A stretch of 64,000 bases of DNA from Bacteroidota bacterium. Its GTDB lineage: Bacteria > Bacteroidota > Bacteroidia > Bacteroidales > CAIWKO01. The translations under genes were made by a program, and so were the position numbers. The notes beneath the pieces are model-generated. The model was not told where the DNA came from and made no database searches. It saw only the letters and a list, made by a program, of their open reading frames with translations. The stretch spans positions 23,574 through 87,573 of the forward strand of contig JBAXWF010000006.1 of assembly GCA_037128515.1 (NCBI GenBank). The letters run 5' to 3'. Below are positions 19,400 through 29,166 of the stretch, piece by piece (position 1 is the first letter of the stretch; every line of letters starts with the position of its first letter).

Positions 19400-19672
19400 T
19401 TATAAAACTTTATTACTACTTATAAATTCTGCCATGCTATTCACAGTATTTAGAATATTGCGTGCTACATTCTGATCATCTAATCGCACTCCAAAATTTC
19501 GCTGAATAGCCATAATGAGTTCTATCCCATCAATGGAATCAAGAGTTATTATATTTTCACCGGTAAACAGGGGTTGGTCATCAATAATTTCAGTATATTC
19601 CACATCATTTAAACTCAATGTTTCCACTATCATTTGCTTAATCTGTAGTTTCAGTTCGCTTCGGTCGTCCAT
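19400..19672 (-). CDS. Acyl carrier protein
   Basis: Acidic 90-aa protein with an LDSID phosphopantetheinylation motif; DDQPLF resembles aryl-polyene cluster ACPs. Confidence 0.88.
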   Translation of the reverse strand: MDDRSELKLQIKQMIVETLSLNDVEYTEIIDDQPLFTGENIITLDSIDGIELIMAIQRNFGVRLDDQNVARNILNTVNSMAEFISSNKVL

Positions 19673-19786
19673 GTTGCAAGTTTTTTTTAGTTTTCGGACT
19701 TAATTTTTCTGCAAAAATATTCTTTTTACCGAATTTTTTGAAATAAAATCGATATGATTTTTAGAAAATAAAGTAAGCAGGTGTTA

Positions 19787-20791
19787 TTAAATAATTTTTG
19801 ACAATTCTTTAAAGAAAAGTTCTTCTACATCTGCCCGCTCGCGAATTAAATCGCCAACTTCCTTTAATTTTTCAACACTCAAATCGCGGTTACGGCCCAT
19901 GCGTGCAGCCATCAACGATATTTCGCGCCATTTATCACCGTTTTCCATCATCCTTTTCGAGAAATCAATCAATTCAGGTTTTTTTATGATTTCGGCTGCT
20001 TGTTTTAAGAATGTTGCATACATAAAACGAAATCCTGCCCCCCCTGTTCCTTGGTCTTCCAAAAGAATATTGATTTTGCTTACCTGATGCGATAAATCTT
20101 CTGTATCCATCGCCAGCTTTGGCCATTCCGTGATATGAGTTGCAAATTTCCGCATGCCTTTAATTCCTAGGAATGGTATTGGAATTTTTAGCATATTGAA
20201 ACACGCTTTTTTAATACCTTTTCGTATGGCTTTCTCCAAATCAAATTCTTTTGGAATATAGGATGGGTAAAACAAAAAACCTTTTGGGGCCATGCTTCCA
20301 CCGGCAAACCGACCTTTCTCAAGGGACTTGCCTGAGAGTTCAACTATTTTTGGATAATAACAATCACTTATGAGGTAGTTATCTTTTGTTTTGCCAACAA
20401 CATTAATAAAATGCACGTTGATATGCACTCGCAAGTATTGCGGTAAATAGTCCATAAAAAAGAAATCGACCTGGGTGGCTGGCGGAATACCTTTTTCGAG
20501 CAATATATCGAGTTTATTCTGTGCTTGCTGGGCCGTTTTGAAGGTTTCGGTTGTAAATTTAATTCCCAATCGTTTTGTAAGGTTTTTTCTTATTTGTCCG
20601 GGTTTGTTTCTTACAATAAACGTTGGAAATGCAAATCGTTTGTTATTGAAATATCCGAAAAATATACCGCTTCCAATACCAAAAATCATGGATTCGGACA
20701 ATTCGAGTCCGTGAAATGACAATTGCGAGTGTAGCGTTCCGGTTTCGCAATGGGCCGACATTTTATGTTCAAAAGGAATGACTGCGTCCAT
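19787..20791 (-). CDS. BtrH-like protein (papain-fold acyltransferase/peptidase, DUF4872 C-terminus)
   Basis: FEHKMSAHCETG, SESMIFGIGSG, HFINVVG, EDQGTGGAGFRFMYA. Confidence 0.85.
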   Translation of the reverse strand: MDAVIPFEHKMSAHCETGTLHSQLSFHGLELSESMIFGIGSGIFFGYFNNKRFAFPTFIVRNKPGQIRKNLTKRLGIKFTTETFKTAQQAQNKLDILLEKGIPPATQVDFFFMDYLPQYLRVHINVHFINVVGKTKDNYLISDCYYPKIVELSGKSLEKGRFAGGSMAPKGFLFYPSYIPKEFDLEKAIRKGIKKACFNMLKIPIPFLGIKGMRKFATHITEWPKLAMDTEDLSHQVSKINILLEDQGTGGAGFRFMYATFLKQAAEIIKKPELIDFSKRMMENGDKWREISLMAARMGRNRDLSVEKLKEVGDLIRERADVEELFFKELSKII

Positions 20792-21303
20792 TATTTTCGT
20801 TCCTCAACTTTTGTGATGATTATAGTTGGATTATTTGTTTGTGTTTGTATAAAATGATACTTGTCTTTTTGTGTTTCTTCTTCAAAATAGAAATGGTATT
20901 TGGGATTTTGGTCGGTGGAGGTTAGCAATATCTGAAAAAAATTCGCCATGGGTATATTAAACACAGCGGCATATTTCTGCAAATCGCTGACTTTGGTTTT
21001 ATGAAATTTTTTGGGGTTTAAATGACATTTTACTTTGCCTTTTGAAATACCCGCTCGGGAAGCCAACTCTGCTACCGTCATTTCTTCGAGCACCATAAAA
21101 TAATGTATTGGTGTGATTTCATTGTCCAATAAACGTTGACGCATGGTTTTTTCTAGGTGACTCTTTTTATGCCAAAAATCTGGCAAATCGTTTTCTATGA
21201 TATACGAGCCGCCTTCAACCGTTCCATAAGAACCATCGTTTTTTTCGGCATAGAGTATATATTTCTGAACTTTGTAATCGCTTATAACATCTTTTTCTTT
21301 CAT
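20791..21303 (-). CDS. Hypothetical HTH-like protein of the type found beside BtrH in flexirubin/dar clusters
   Basis: ITPIHYFM..EEMTVAELASRAGISKGKVKCHL..KF; ORF abuts the BtrH start. Confidence 0.7.
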   Translation of the reverse strand: MKEKDVISDYKVQKYILYAEKNDGSYGTVEGGSYIIENDLPDFWHKKSHLEKTMRQRLLDNEITPIHYFMVLEEMTVAELASRAGISKGKVKCHLNPKKFHKTKVSDLQKYAAVFNIPMANFFQILLTSTDQNPKYHFYFEEETQKDKYHFIQTQTNNPTIIITKVEERK

Positions 21304-21378
21304 GATTACATTTAGTTTTAAATTAGAAATACTGTTATTTCGAATTCTGAATTCAAAATTGCGAATCTGAATCTATTT

Positions 21379-22833
21379 TTATTTTCGTTTAACAAAGGTG
21401 ACTGTGGCCAACAACAATGCAAGTATAAAGAAAACAAACATTCGCGTGAGGTTGACCCAAATTACTTTTAAACCGGCATTTCTGACAAAAATATCTAAAA
21501 AACTATCGATTCCCCAGCGAAGTGGCGAAACAATGCTTACCAGTTGCAATGGTTTGGGCATCATATACACCGGTAGAAAAATTCCGCCGAGAATGGCAAG
21601 AATCAGCACCATGAACGAGCCGAACATGCCTGCCTGACTTTGGGTGGATGCATAGGTTCCGACGATTAGTCCGAAACCAATGGCTGCAAATGCCGAGGCA
21701 AAAGCTGCAACCAACAATGCGATATAATGATTGCCTAATTCCAATGCAGGCATTCCATATATTAAAGGCAAAAAATACATGCCGGCTACTATCATTAGTG
21801 CTAATTGCAGTAAACAAATGGTAACATAAACTATAATTTTTCCCCACAGTATGGTAAAATAGTTTACGGGCAAGGTGCGAATTCGGTTATAGGTGCCCTC
21901 TTTTCGTTCGGTAAGCAAACTTCCGGCAAGGGGTATGACAATAAAAAACATGGCAAACAAAGCAAATGCTGGCACATTGTTTTGAACCAGGGTGGGTTTT
22001 ATTACTGCGTTTTGGTTATGTGCATTTTTTTGTGCGATGGTTATCAGGTTATCGTTTTCTAAGTCGTCGTTAAATTTAATGCCTTTGCGGATATCGTCGG
22101 TGATATCGAATTTTACATCGCGGGGTTGCGCGTTTATTTTAAAATCTGCTGGCAAATTGTTACCCATGCGCCTTTTTAACTCGTCGGTAAATATTTGTTC
22201 CATATCTTTAAGCTGCGCTAAAAGAAATTTCTTAATGGGCGGTTGAAGTTGTTGGTTGAGTTGCAAAGGCAAGGCTTCGAAAAAGGTACTTAATATAAAT
22301 TTTATTTCAACCGATTGCACCAAACGCTCTAAGGAGCTGGTGACTGCATTTTTGTAGGAATCGCGGGTGGTGGGGTCGAAATAAATGCTGATGTTGTTAT
22401 CAGTGGTTGCGGTGTCGGTGGCGGTGGCAACACTGCTATCGTTTGCAAAGCTTTTTTGTATGCGTTTGTTGGCTTTCGCTTTTGCAAATTTTGTTGCGTC
22501 TTTGTTTATCACGATGCCTACTTGATAGTTGCCTGCTGTTATTTCGCGTTGCGCCATCAGGGTGTCGAGGGTTTTGCCGTCAATTTGTTTTACTACATGA
22601 AAATAGCCCGACTTGTTGAGGCCGTTTTCTATGGTTTTTCCTAAATATTCGTGGTCGTTGTCGACAAACAAAATATCGGCTTTGTTATCGTAAAGTTTCT
22701 TGAATGCATTTTCTTGCGTTCCGGTAACCACAAAAATCAATATCAATGGCATCAAAAAAAGAATAACCAAGCCGGGTATGTCGCGGATGATTTGAATAAA
22801 TTCTTTTTTTACGATGGCTTTTAGTTGTTTCAT
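21379..22833 (-). CDS. ABC-2 type transporter permease
   Basis: KKEFIQIIRD..LFLMP, QNNVPAFALFAMFF, ERKEGT, ILGGIFLP, SPLRW. Confidence 0.9.
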   Translation of the reverse strand: MKQLKAIVKKEFIQIIRDIPGLVILFLMPLILIFVVTGTQENAFKKLYDNKADILFVDNDHEYLGKTIENGLNKSGYFHVVKQIDGKTLDTLMAQREITAGNYQVGIVINKDATKFAKAKANKRIQKSFANDSSVATATDTATTDNNISIYFDPTTRDSYKNAVTSSLERLVQSVEIKFILSTFFEALPLQLNQQLQPPIKKFLLAQLKDMEQIFTDELKRRMGNNLPADFKINAQPRDVKFDITDDIRKGIKFNDDLENDNLITIAQKNAHNQNAVIKPTLVQNNVPAFALFAMFFIVIPLAGSLLTERKEGTYNRIRTLPVNYFTILWGKIIVYVTICLLQLALMIVAGMYFLPLIYGMPALELGNHYIALLVAAFASAFAAIGFGLIVGTYASTQSQAGMFGSFMVLILAILGGIFLPVYMMPKPLQLVSIVSPLRWGIDSFLDIFVRNAGLKVIWVNLTRMFVFFILALLLATVTFVKRK

Positions 22834-22836
22834 TGG

Positions 22837-23583
22837 CTAGTCTCTTAGTTCCCTTCCGGTTAATTTGAGAAATACCTGCCCCAAATCGGTACATCCGCTG
22901 TTGTTTTGGATAAGTGCTTTTGGTGTGTTTGTTGTTATCACGGTGCCGTCGTCTATGATGGTTACTCGGTTGCACAGGTTTTCGGCTTCTTTCATATAGT
23001 GCGTGGTGTAGATAATGGTTTTGCCGGTTCCGTTTAAATGATTTAGGTAGTCATAAATTAAATTCATGGAATGTGCATCCACGCCCAGTGTGGGTTCGTC
23101 AAGAAAAACAATTTCGGGGTTGTGAACCAATCCGGCTATTAAATTGGCTCGGCGTTTTATGCCTCCCGAGCAGTTGGCGATGCGTTTGTTGGCGTGTTGT
23201 TCCAGTTTTACGACTTCTATATATTTTTCTACGTTATTTTTCAACGCTTTTCCGGATATGCCGTGCATTTGTCCGAAAAACTCTATGTTTTCTTTCACGG
23301 TTAAGGTGGGATATAGGGCAATTTCTTGGGGAACCAGGCCTATTATGTTGTTTATTTGGCGGTAGTGTTTTGCTATGTCGATGTTTTTAACGGTAAGCTG
23401 TCCGCTATCAAAATTCAGCAATCCGCAAATGATTGAGATTAGGGTGGTTTTTCCGGCGGCATTGGGTCCCAACAGGCCAAAAAATTCTCCTTGCTCAATT
23501 TGAAGGTTGATTCCTTTTAAAACCGGTTCGGGATTTCCTTTGTAGGACTTCTTTAAATCGGTGATGGTTATTATTGCCGGCAT
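22837..23583 (-). CDS. ABC transporter ATP-binding protein
   Basis: Walker A GPNAAGKTT, CSGG signature, FLDEPT, YTTH. Confidence 0.92.
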   Translation of the reverse strand: MPAIITITDLKKSYKGNPEPVLKGINLQIEQGEFFGLLGPNAAGKTTLISIICGLLNFDSGQLTVKNIDIAKHYRQINNIIGLVPQEIALYPTLTVKENIEFFGQMHGISGKALKNNVEKYIEVVKLEQHANKRIANCSGGIKRRANLIAGLVHNPEIVFLDEPTLGVDAHSMNLIYDYLNHLNGTGKTIIYTTHYMKEAENLCNRVTIIDDGTVITTNTPKALIQNNSGCTDLGQVFLKLTGRELRD

Positions 23584-23640
23584 ACTTTTTTGGTAATGGT
23601 TGCAAATTTACAATTTTTTGGGCGAAACCGAAGGAAAATA

Positions 23641-24930
23641 TCAGTTTGTGGTTTCCTTGATCAGGTCTTCTATGAGCTGGATGGTTTCATTTGCTGCATT
23701 GTGCATGGCAAAATCGGCTTGAATTTGTTTGGCGTTGTTTTTATACATTTTGTTGTTTAGTACCTGGTCAACTGCTTTTCTGATACGGGGGGCGGTGGGT
23801 TGCTTTGTTCCCAAATTGATGCCCACTTTGCAGTAGTTTACGCGGGCGGCTATTTCGGGTTTGTCTTCGGTGCTACCTGCCACCACCAACGGAATGCCGT
23901 GGGCTAATGCGGTGATGACGCCGCCAAATCCGCCATTGGTGATAACCACCGAGGCATGGGGCATAATAAACTCGTAGGGGATAAAAGTTTCGATAAAGAT
24001 TTGTTGGCAGGCAAACTCGCGCTCCAGGGCTTGGGTGGATGTGGTGCCGGTGGCCACCAAAACCAGATAAGGGGTGTTTTGCAGGGCTCGCAAGGCGGGT
24101 AGGATAAGATTGTTGTAATGATTGATGTTTACGGTGCCTTGGGTGATAAAGATGATGGGTTGGCCGGTGTGTAGCAGGGGGGTCCATTTATAGTGGTGGG
24201 GGGCTCCATTTTCGGGCAACATGGGTCCTACAAACCGAATTTGTGGGGGAAGTTGTTTCCAACAAAATTCGAATGCGGGGGTGTTGAATTTTATGAATAA
24301 ACGCGAAACAAAAATAGTGTGTATAAGAAAAAAGTGAGTCATGGGGGCCAAATCAAGCTTTTGTCGAAGGCGATTGATGTAATGTTGCACTTGTCGGAAA
24401 ATTAGTTTGGTAACCATCCAGTTTACCATCCGATTGCGCCCCCTACCCCACCAGGTGGCACTGGGATAAATGCCGGCTCCAGGAAACGGAATTTCATGGG
24501 TGTAATAAAACAAAGGCGAATTGCAATAGCAAACCCAAGGCAACACAGCTTTTTCGGCTAAGGGGATGGCTCCGCAAAACCATTCGTCGGTGAGCAGCAC
24601 GTCGGCATCAAAATTTTTTAGTATTTCGAGCAAATCGGCATATTGCCCGGACATGTTGTCGAAAAACACGTGCTGGATGTAATGGGTGGCATGCTTGAAC
24701 AAACTGCCTTCGGGCAAACCGGGAAACACGGTTTTGATGCTGCTATCGTGAAAATCTTTGGCCCGGAGGTATGGAAAAAATCGGGCGCCGGTGGCTTCAA
24801 TGCGTTCTTGATAGTGGCTGCCGCAATACCACCACACCTGATGGCCACGGTGGATAAGCATTTTTACCAACGGAATTGCCGGATTAACATGCCCCGAAAG
24901 GGGAACAGATGCTACGAGTATTTTTGCCAT
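23641..24930 (-). CDS. GT1/MGT-family glycosyltransferase (small-molecule acceptor)
   Basis: PLSGHVNP, FITQGT, FIPY..ASVVITNGGFGG..ALAHGIPLVVAG.TEDKPE. Confidence 0.88.
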   Translation of the reverse strand: MAKILVASVPLSGHVNPAIPLVKMLIHRGHQVWWYCGSHYQERIEATGARFFPYLRAKDFHDSSIKTVFPGLPEGSLFKHATHYIQHVFFDNMSGQYADLLEILKNFDADVLLTDEWFCGAIPLAEKAVLPWVCYCNSPLFYYTHEIPFPGAGIYPSATWWGRGRNRMVNWMVTKLIFRQVQHYINRLRQKLDLAPMTHFFLIHTIFVSRLFIKFNTPAFEFCWKQLPPQIRFVGPMLPENGAPHHYKWTPLLHTGQPIIFITQGTVNINHYNNLILPALRALQNTPYLVLVATGTTSTQALEREFACQQIFIETFIPYEFIMPHASVVITNGGFGGVITALAHGIPLVVAGSTEDKPEIAARVNYCKVGINLGTKQPTAPRIRKAVDQVLNNKMYKNNAKQIQADFAMHNAANETIQLIEDLIKETTN

Positions 24931-25010
24931 TTTGTGTGCGCAAAAGTACAGAAAATGTGGGAAAGCAAGCAGGCGAAATTGTGGATTTGTTTGCTGAACC
25001 TATCGTTTTA

Positions 25011-25100
25011 GGGGGTTTTTTGGTGAAAAAAGTGAGGATGCCCATTTATTTTTTATAGTAAGGGCATCCGAAGGTTCCGATGCCCATTTATTTTTTATTG
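25011..25100. repeat. Dispersed intergenic repeat, copy 1 (42-bp internal period, GGCATCCGAAGGTTCCGATGCC near-palindrome)
   Basis: GATGCCCATTTATTTTTTAT at 25037 and 25079; related copies at 37403 and 56100. Confidence 0.85.
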
Positions 25101-25185
25101 AAAACGAAAAACAAAGTATGTCAACGTGTTAAACTATGGCAATGGGCCATGCAACCCACAAGCTGGACTTCCAATTTCAAATTCC

Positions 25186-25773
25186 CTAAAGTTTCATCAA
25201 CTCTTTATACAGCATTTGGGTGGGAAGGCCCATCACGTTATAGAACGAGCCTTCAATGTGTTCGATGCCGATGTAACCCACCCATTCCTGTATGCCGTAA
25301 GCACCGGCTTTGTCGAAAGGCTGGCAGGTGGCAATATAATAATCAATTTCTTCGCGGCTAAGCTCCCGAAACTTAACTTTTGATTCGGCATAAAACGTGT
25401 GCTGTTCGCTGTTGGTTTTGATGCACACCCCCGTAAACACTTGGTGGGTTTGCCCCGAAATAAGCGAAAGCATCTGCACGGCATCCTCGTAGTTTTTGGG
25501 TTTGTTGAGCATGGCCTGTTTGAGCCACACAATGGTGTCGGCAGTAATAATCAGACTGTTTGGGCCAAACTCCTGGGCTTGAAAAGCCGACGATTTTAGT
25601 TCGGCCAAAAACAAAGGTATTTGGTGCCTGGAAAGCGTTTCGGGCACAATTTCGGGCACATCGCGCACCAGCACTTCAAACTTTAGGCCCAAGCCTTCCA
25701 ACAATTGACGGCGGCGTGGCGATGCCGAAGCCAAAATAATGCGGTGGTTAGCCAGTTTTTGACTTAATATCAT
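25186..25773 (-). CDS. maf: Maf family nucleotide pyrophosphatase
   Basis: ILASASPRRRQLL, ITADTIV, DKAGAYGIQ, GSFYNVMGLP. Confidence 0.93.
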   Translation of the reverse strand: MILSQKLANHRIILASASPRRRQLLEGLGLKFEVLVRDVPEIVPETLSRHQIPLFLAELKSSAFQAQEFGPNSLIITADTIVWLKQAMLNKPKNYEDAVQMLSLISGQTHQVFTGVCIKTNSEQHTFYAESKVKFRELSREEIDYYIATCQPFDKAGAYGIQEWVGYIGIEHIEGSFYNVMGLPTQMLYKELMKL

Positions 25774-26711
25774 GGCAAAAAGTTTACCGACAACATTTGC
25801 GTAGCAAGCAATCCGGCCACCATCATTATTTTCAGAAAAATGCTCAAGGCATGATAATCCGATTTTTTTTCGGCACGCAGCAAGCGCACCAAAAAATACA
25901 CAAACATGATTTGCAACACCAAAAGATAGTAGGCCGTGGTTGGATAATCGTCGAACAAAAAATATTGTGCTGTGGCCAACAATGCCATAGCAAAAATGCT
26001 AATCCACATCAGCAGGTTGCGGGTTTTTTTCAGACCCAATTTCACCGGCGCGGTGTTGCAACCGTTGGCGCGGTCGCCTTCCACATCTTCCATATCTTTC
26101 ACCATTTCGCGAATAAAAGTTATCAGAAAAGCAAAAATAGCCATGCCACACACAAACATCGTAATACTTTTGTAGGTTCCAATGCCGGCCACAAACACCA
26201 AAGCATCGGCTTTGATAGCAAAAAACTGGAACAACCACACCACCAAAATAGCATAAGCAATAATGAGCGCTATGGCGAAGTTTCCGGTAAGAAATTGGCG
26301 TTTGTATTTCAACGAATAATAAAACAGCGCCAAAGCAACCACCACCGGCAAAAACCCCAATTTAATGTTGCCCACCTTGTAAGCACAATAAAACCCAATT
26401 AAACAAGCAACCACATTGAGCCCCATGTTTATATTGTAGCCCATTTTGCGCGGAATCCGACTGATAAGCATATTTTTTTCGGGTTTGTTTGTGGCATCAA
26501 TATCGGTATCGTAATAATCGTTAATGGCATATCCGGCAGCAGCCAACATCAGATGTGCAATAACAAACAAAGCAAAATCCAGTCGTGTCATCGCCAAATC
26601 ATAATGGCTCAACAAAAAAATGGGGCGAATGATATAAAACAACACCAAATATTGTGTCAAAGCCACTAACACCAAGTTTATAGGGCGGAACAATCTTATG
26701 TAAGCTCTCAT
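25770..26711 (-). CDS. UbiA-family prenyltransferase (DGGGP-synthase-like)
   Basis: Start moved to the ATG at 26711 (MRAYIRLFRPINL); AAGYAINDYYDTDID.TNKP; REMVKDMEDVEGD. Confidence 0.88.
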   Translation of the reverse strand: MRAYIRLFRPINLVLVALTQYLVLFYIIRPIFLLSHYDLAMTRLDFALFVIAHLMLAAAGYAINDYYDTDIDATNKPEKNMLISRIPRKMGYNINMGLNVVACLIGFYCAYKVGNIKLGFLPVVVALALFYYSLKYKRQFLTGNFAIALIIAYAILVVWLFQFFAIKADALVFVAGIGTYKSITMFVCGMAIFAFLITFIREMVKDMEDVEGDRANGCNTAPVKLGLKKTRNLLMWISIFAMALLATAQYFLFDDYPTTAYYLLVLQIMFVYFLVRLLRAEKKSDYHALSIFLKIMMVAGLLATQMLSVNFLP

Positions 26712-26817
26712 GCAGTAAATTTTGCACAAAAATAAAGAATAATGAGACATGATGAACAGCCAAAAATTGTTACTTTTGCCAAACAAACCCCAATTCAAGT
26801 CATCAAACCCCATTCGT

Positions 26818-27990
26818 ATGAAAAAAATAGTATTTACACTAAGCCTCATGCTGTTGCTAACCTCTTATTGCCTGCAAGCCCAAGTCGATCTGAAAGTACA
26901 CCAACTCAATACCACCCAATGCGACACCACCGGCTACCAAACCATGTATCTACGCGTAATCAATCAAACCGTTGTACCCATCGCGACAGGATTGGCTATC
27001 AATGCCATGTATCAGGTGAATGGCACCACACCGGTTTCGGAAGTATTGCATTTACTATCGCCTTTATATCCGGGCGACTCGGTAGTGTTGTATTTTACAG
27101 TGCCCTACCATTTCAATCAGTTTACCGCCTACAACTGCATGTACGCCATCATCGCCACCGGCGATTTGAATACCTTAAATGATACCGCCCGATTTACACG
27201 CACTTTCAACTCCTTACCGGGATACGGCGTGCACTCCAGCGACACCACAATCTGCAACGGATCGCCCACCACACTCATGATGGAACTCACAGGCAACGGC
27301 CCCTGGACCATTTCCTTTGCCATGGGCCCCGACACTTTATCGGGCTTGGCCGTTCCCGACCCCATAATTTCAACAGAAATGTCGCCCGACACCACCTCCA
27401 CCTTCACCCTAATCACCGTAATCGATGCCAACGGCTGCACCTCCTATATTGGCCAAAGCATCACCATCACCGTATCGGATATATATCCCGTTGTAAACCT
27501 GGGGCACGACACCACCATGTGTGCCGGAGCCACCCTGCTGCTCAATGCCGAAAACAGCGGTTCACAATTCAACTGGTGGAACGGACCCGGCAGCCAAACC
27601 AACTCCGCCGACACTTCGGACTGGAATGGACAACTCGGCAACCAAATAGCCTGGGTAGATGTTAACCTTGCCGGATGCATTACACGCGACAGCATTAAAA
27701 TTAATTGGATTATTTGTCCTGATGGCATAACCGAAAATCAAAACCTTGCGATAAAAACTTACCCCAACCCGAGCCGTGGTTTGGTTCAACTCAACTTTGA
27801 ACAAGCAGTGGAACATGCCCAACTCAGCGTGATAAATTGTTTAGGTCAGCAATTGTATATCGAAACCATAACCCAAGCAGGCAACTCAACAAAAACCCTC
27901 GACTGGAGTTCATTCGAAAACGGAATGTATTTTATTACAATAGCAGGAGAAGGAATTTCTATACGACAAAAGGTGTTGTTGCACAAATAA
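26818..27990 (+). CDS. T9SS type-A sorting domain protein
   Basis: Start at the ATG at 26818 (MKKIVF, signal peptide); VNLGHDTTMC; C-terminal YPNPSRG..NCLGQ..GMYFITI..QKVLLHK. Confidence 0.85.
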   Translation: MKKIVFTLSLMLLLTSYCLQAQVDLKVHQLNTTQCDTTGYQTMYLRVINQTVVPIATGLAINAMYQVNGTTPVSEVLHLLSPLYPGDSVVLYFTVPYHFNQFTAYNCMYAIIATGDLNTLNDTARFTRTFNSLPGYGVHSSDTTICNGSPTTLMMELTGNGPWTISFAMGPDTLSGLAVPDPIISTEMSPDTTSTFTLITVIDANGCTSYIGQSITITVSDIYPVVNLGHDTTMCAGATLLLNAENSGSQFNWWNGPGSQTNSADTSDWNGQLGNQIAWVDVNLAGCITRDSIKINWIICPDGITENQNLAIKTYPNPSRGLVQLNFEQAVEHAQLSVINCLGQQLYIETITQAGNSTKTLDWSSFENGMYFITIAGEGISIRQKVLLHK

Positions 27991-28043
27991 AGCGAAAGCA
28001 ATTGCAACTTTTGCCCGATACACTTTAAATATACACTTTTGCG

Positions 28044-29156
28044 CTACGACTTCGTTTTTGCTTTACCAAAACGCAAGCCGAACTTTACGCCTGCCTGTAT
28101 GGACAGAAACCAGGAACTTGTATGATATGTGTGTGGATAAATTGACTGTCCAGGAAACACATTCGGATGATTTCCACCACCATATTCAGTGATTTTTCCT
28201 CTGCGATAAAATGTACCTATCCCTGCATAAAAATCAAAGGTGAGATATTTTTTAATTGTTTTTTGCCAACCATAAATAAAATCAAATCCCATGATACTAC
28301 TACGCTCCGATTGGTCGGCATATAGTAATTCGTATCCGTAATTATCAGAATGTGCCGCCACCCTTTCATTAAAATAAAACAGATACCGACCAAAACTCAT
28401 AAATTCAACATAACGATTGGGCTTTGATTTGAAATAATATTTAAACCCGAGATTTAGCTGATATCCTTTTAGTCTATTGTCATCATATTGCAACCCATCC
28501 CTTTTCGCATGTTTATGAATATTTATGAAGAAAGGATATTTATAGGGGGTTTGAAAATAAATACCCGGTGAAATATCAAAACCAAACGCCTTGCTTATTC
28601 TATAACTGTAGGTTCCCACGATTTGATTTGCGAAAGGTGCCACAATATTAATAGTAATACTGTGCGGATGCAAATATTCAAGATTTCTGTTCCCTTTGCT
28701 TTGTGTTTTAATTTCTTTAACCTTCTGCTTTGTTTCGGTTTTCAAATTAATGTAATCTTTTAGGGCAATATCATGAACAAACAAATCAAAATCATGGCCC
28801 GACAGAATCATTAGATTATTGGAAATGGGGATATTCGACACTTCAATAATTTCGCTTAAGGGTACTTTAGCAGCATGAACTTCCAAATAGGAAAAACCAA
28901 TTTTATTAATTCGTCCTTCATGCTTTATGCTATCTTGCGTCATGTATTTAATACGATTGCCTTTCACAAAATACAAATACCGGAGTGAATCAACGTTCTT
29001 ACCTTTAGAGGAAACCGATTTAACTCGATTGACAATCACAAGTACAGAATCTTTCTGTGTATTCTGAGCATGAAGTGTTCCTGATATAACCACAAGCAGC
29101 ATGACTGCGAATTTGCATACAAAAACCTGATTTTTTTGAAAATAAAACAATTTCAT
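28044..29156 (-). CDS. Hypothetical exported protein with a C-terminal outer-membrane beta-barrel-like region
   Basis: Signal peptide; alternating beta strands (GYQLNLGFKYYF, FDFYAGIG, GVKFGLRF). Confidence 0.7.
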   Translation of the reverse strand: MKLFYFQKNQVFVCKFAVMLLVVISGTLHAQNTQKDSVLVIVNRVKSVSSKGKNVDSLRYLYFVKGNRIKYMTQDSIKHEGRINKIGFSYLEVHAAKVPLSEIIEVSNIPISNNLMILSGHDFDLFVHDIALKDYINLKTETKQKVKEIKTQSKGNRNLEYLHPHSITINIVAPFANQIVGTYSYRISKAFGFDISPGIYFQTPYKYPFFINIHKHAKRDGLQYDDNRLKGYQLNLGFKYYFKSKPNRYVEFMSFGRYLFYFNERVAAHSDNYGYELLYADQSERSSIMGFDFIYGWQKTIKKYLTFDFYAGIGTFYRRGKITEYGGGNHPNVFPGQSIYPHTYHTSSWFLSIQAGVKFGLRFGKAKTKS

Positions 29157-29166
29157 AACCCTGCAA

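Noticed and set aside
25770-26711. DGGGP-synthase-like UbiA as evidence of archaeal-type ether lipids
   Set aside because: This UbiA subfamily next to maf is common in Bacteroidota, and nothing else in the window supports the claim.
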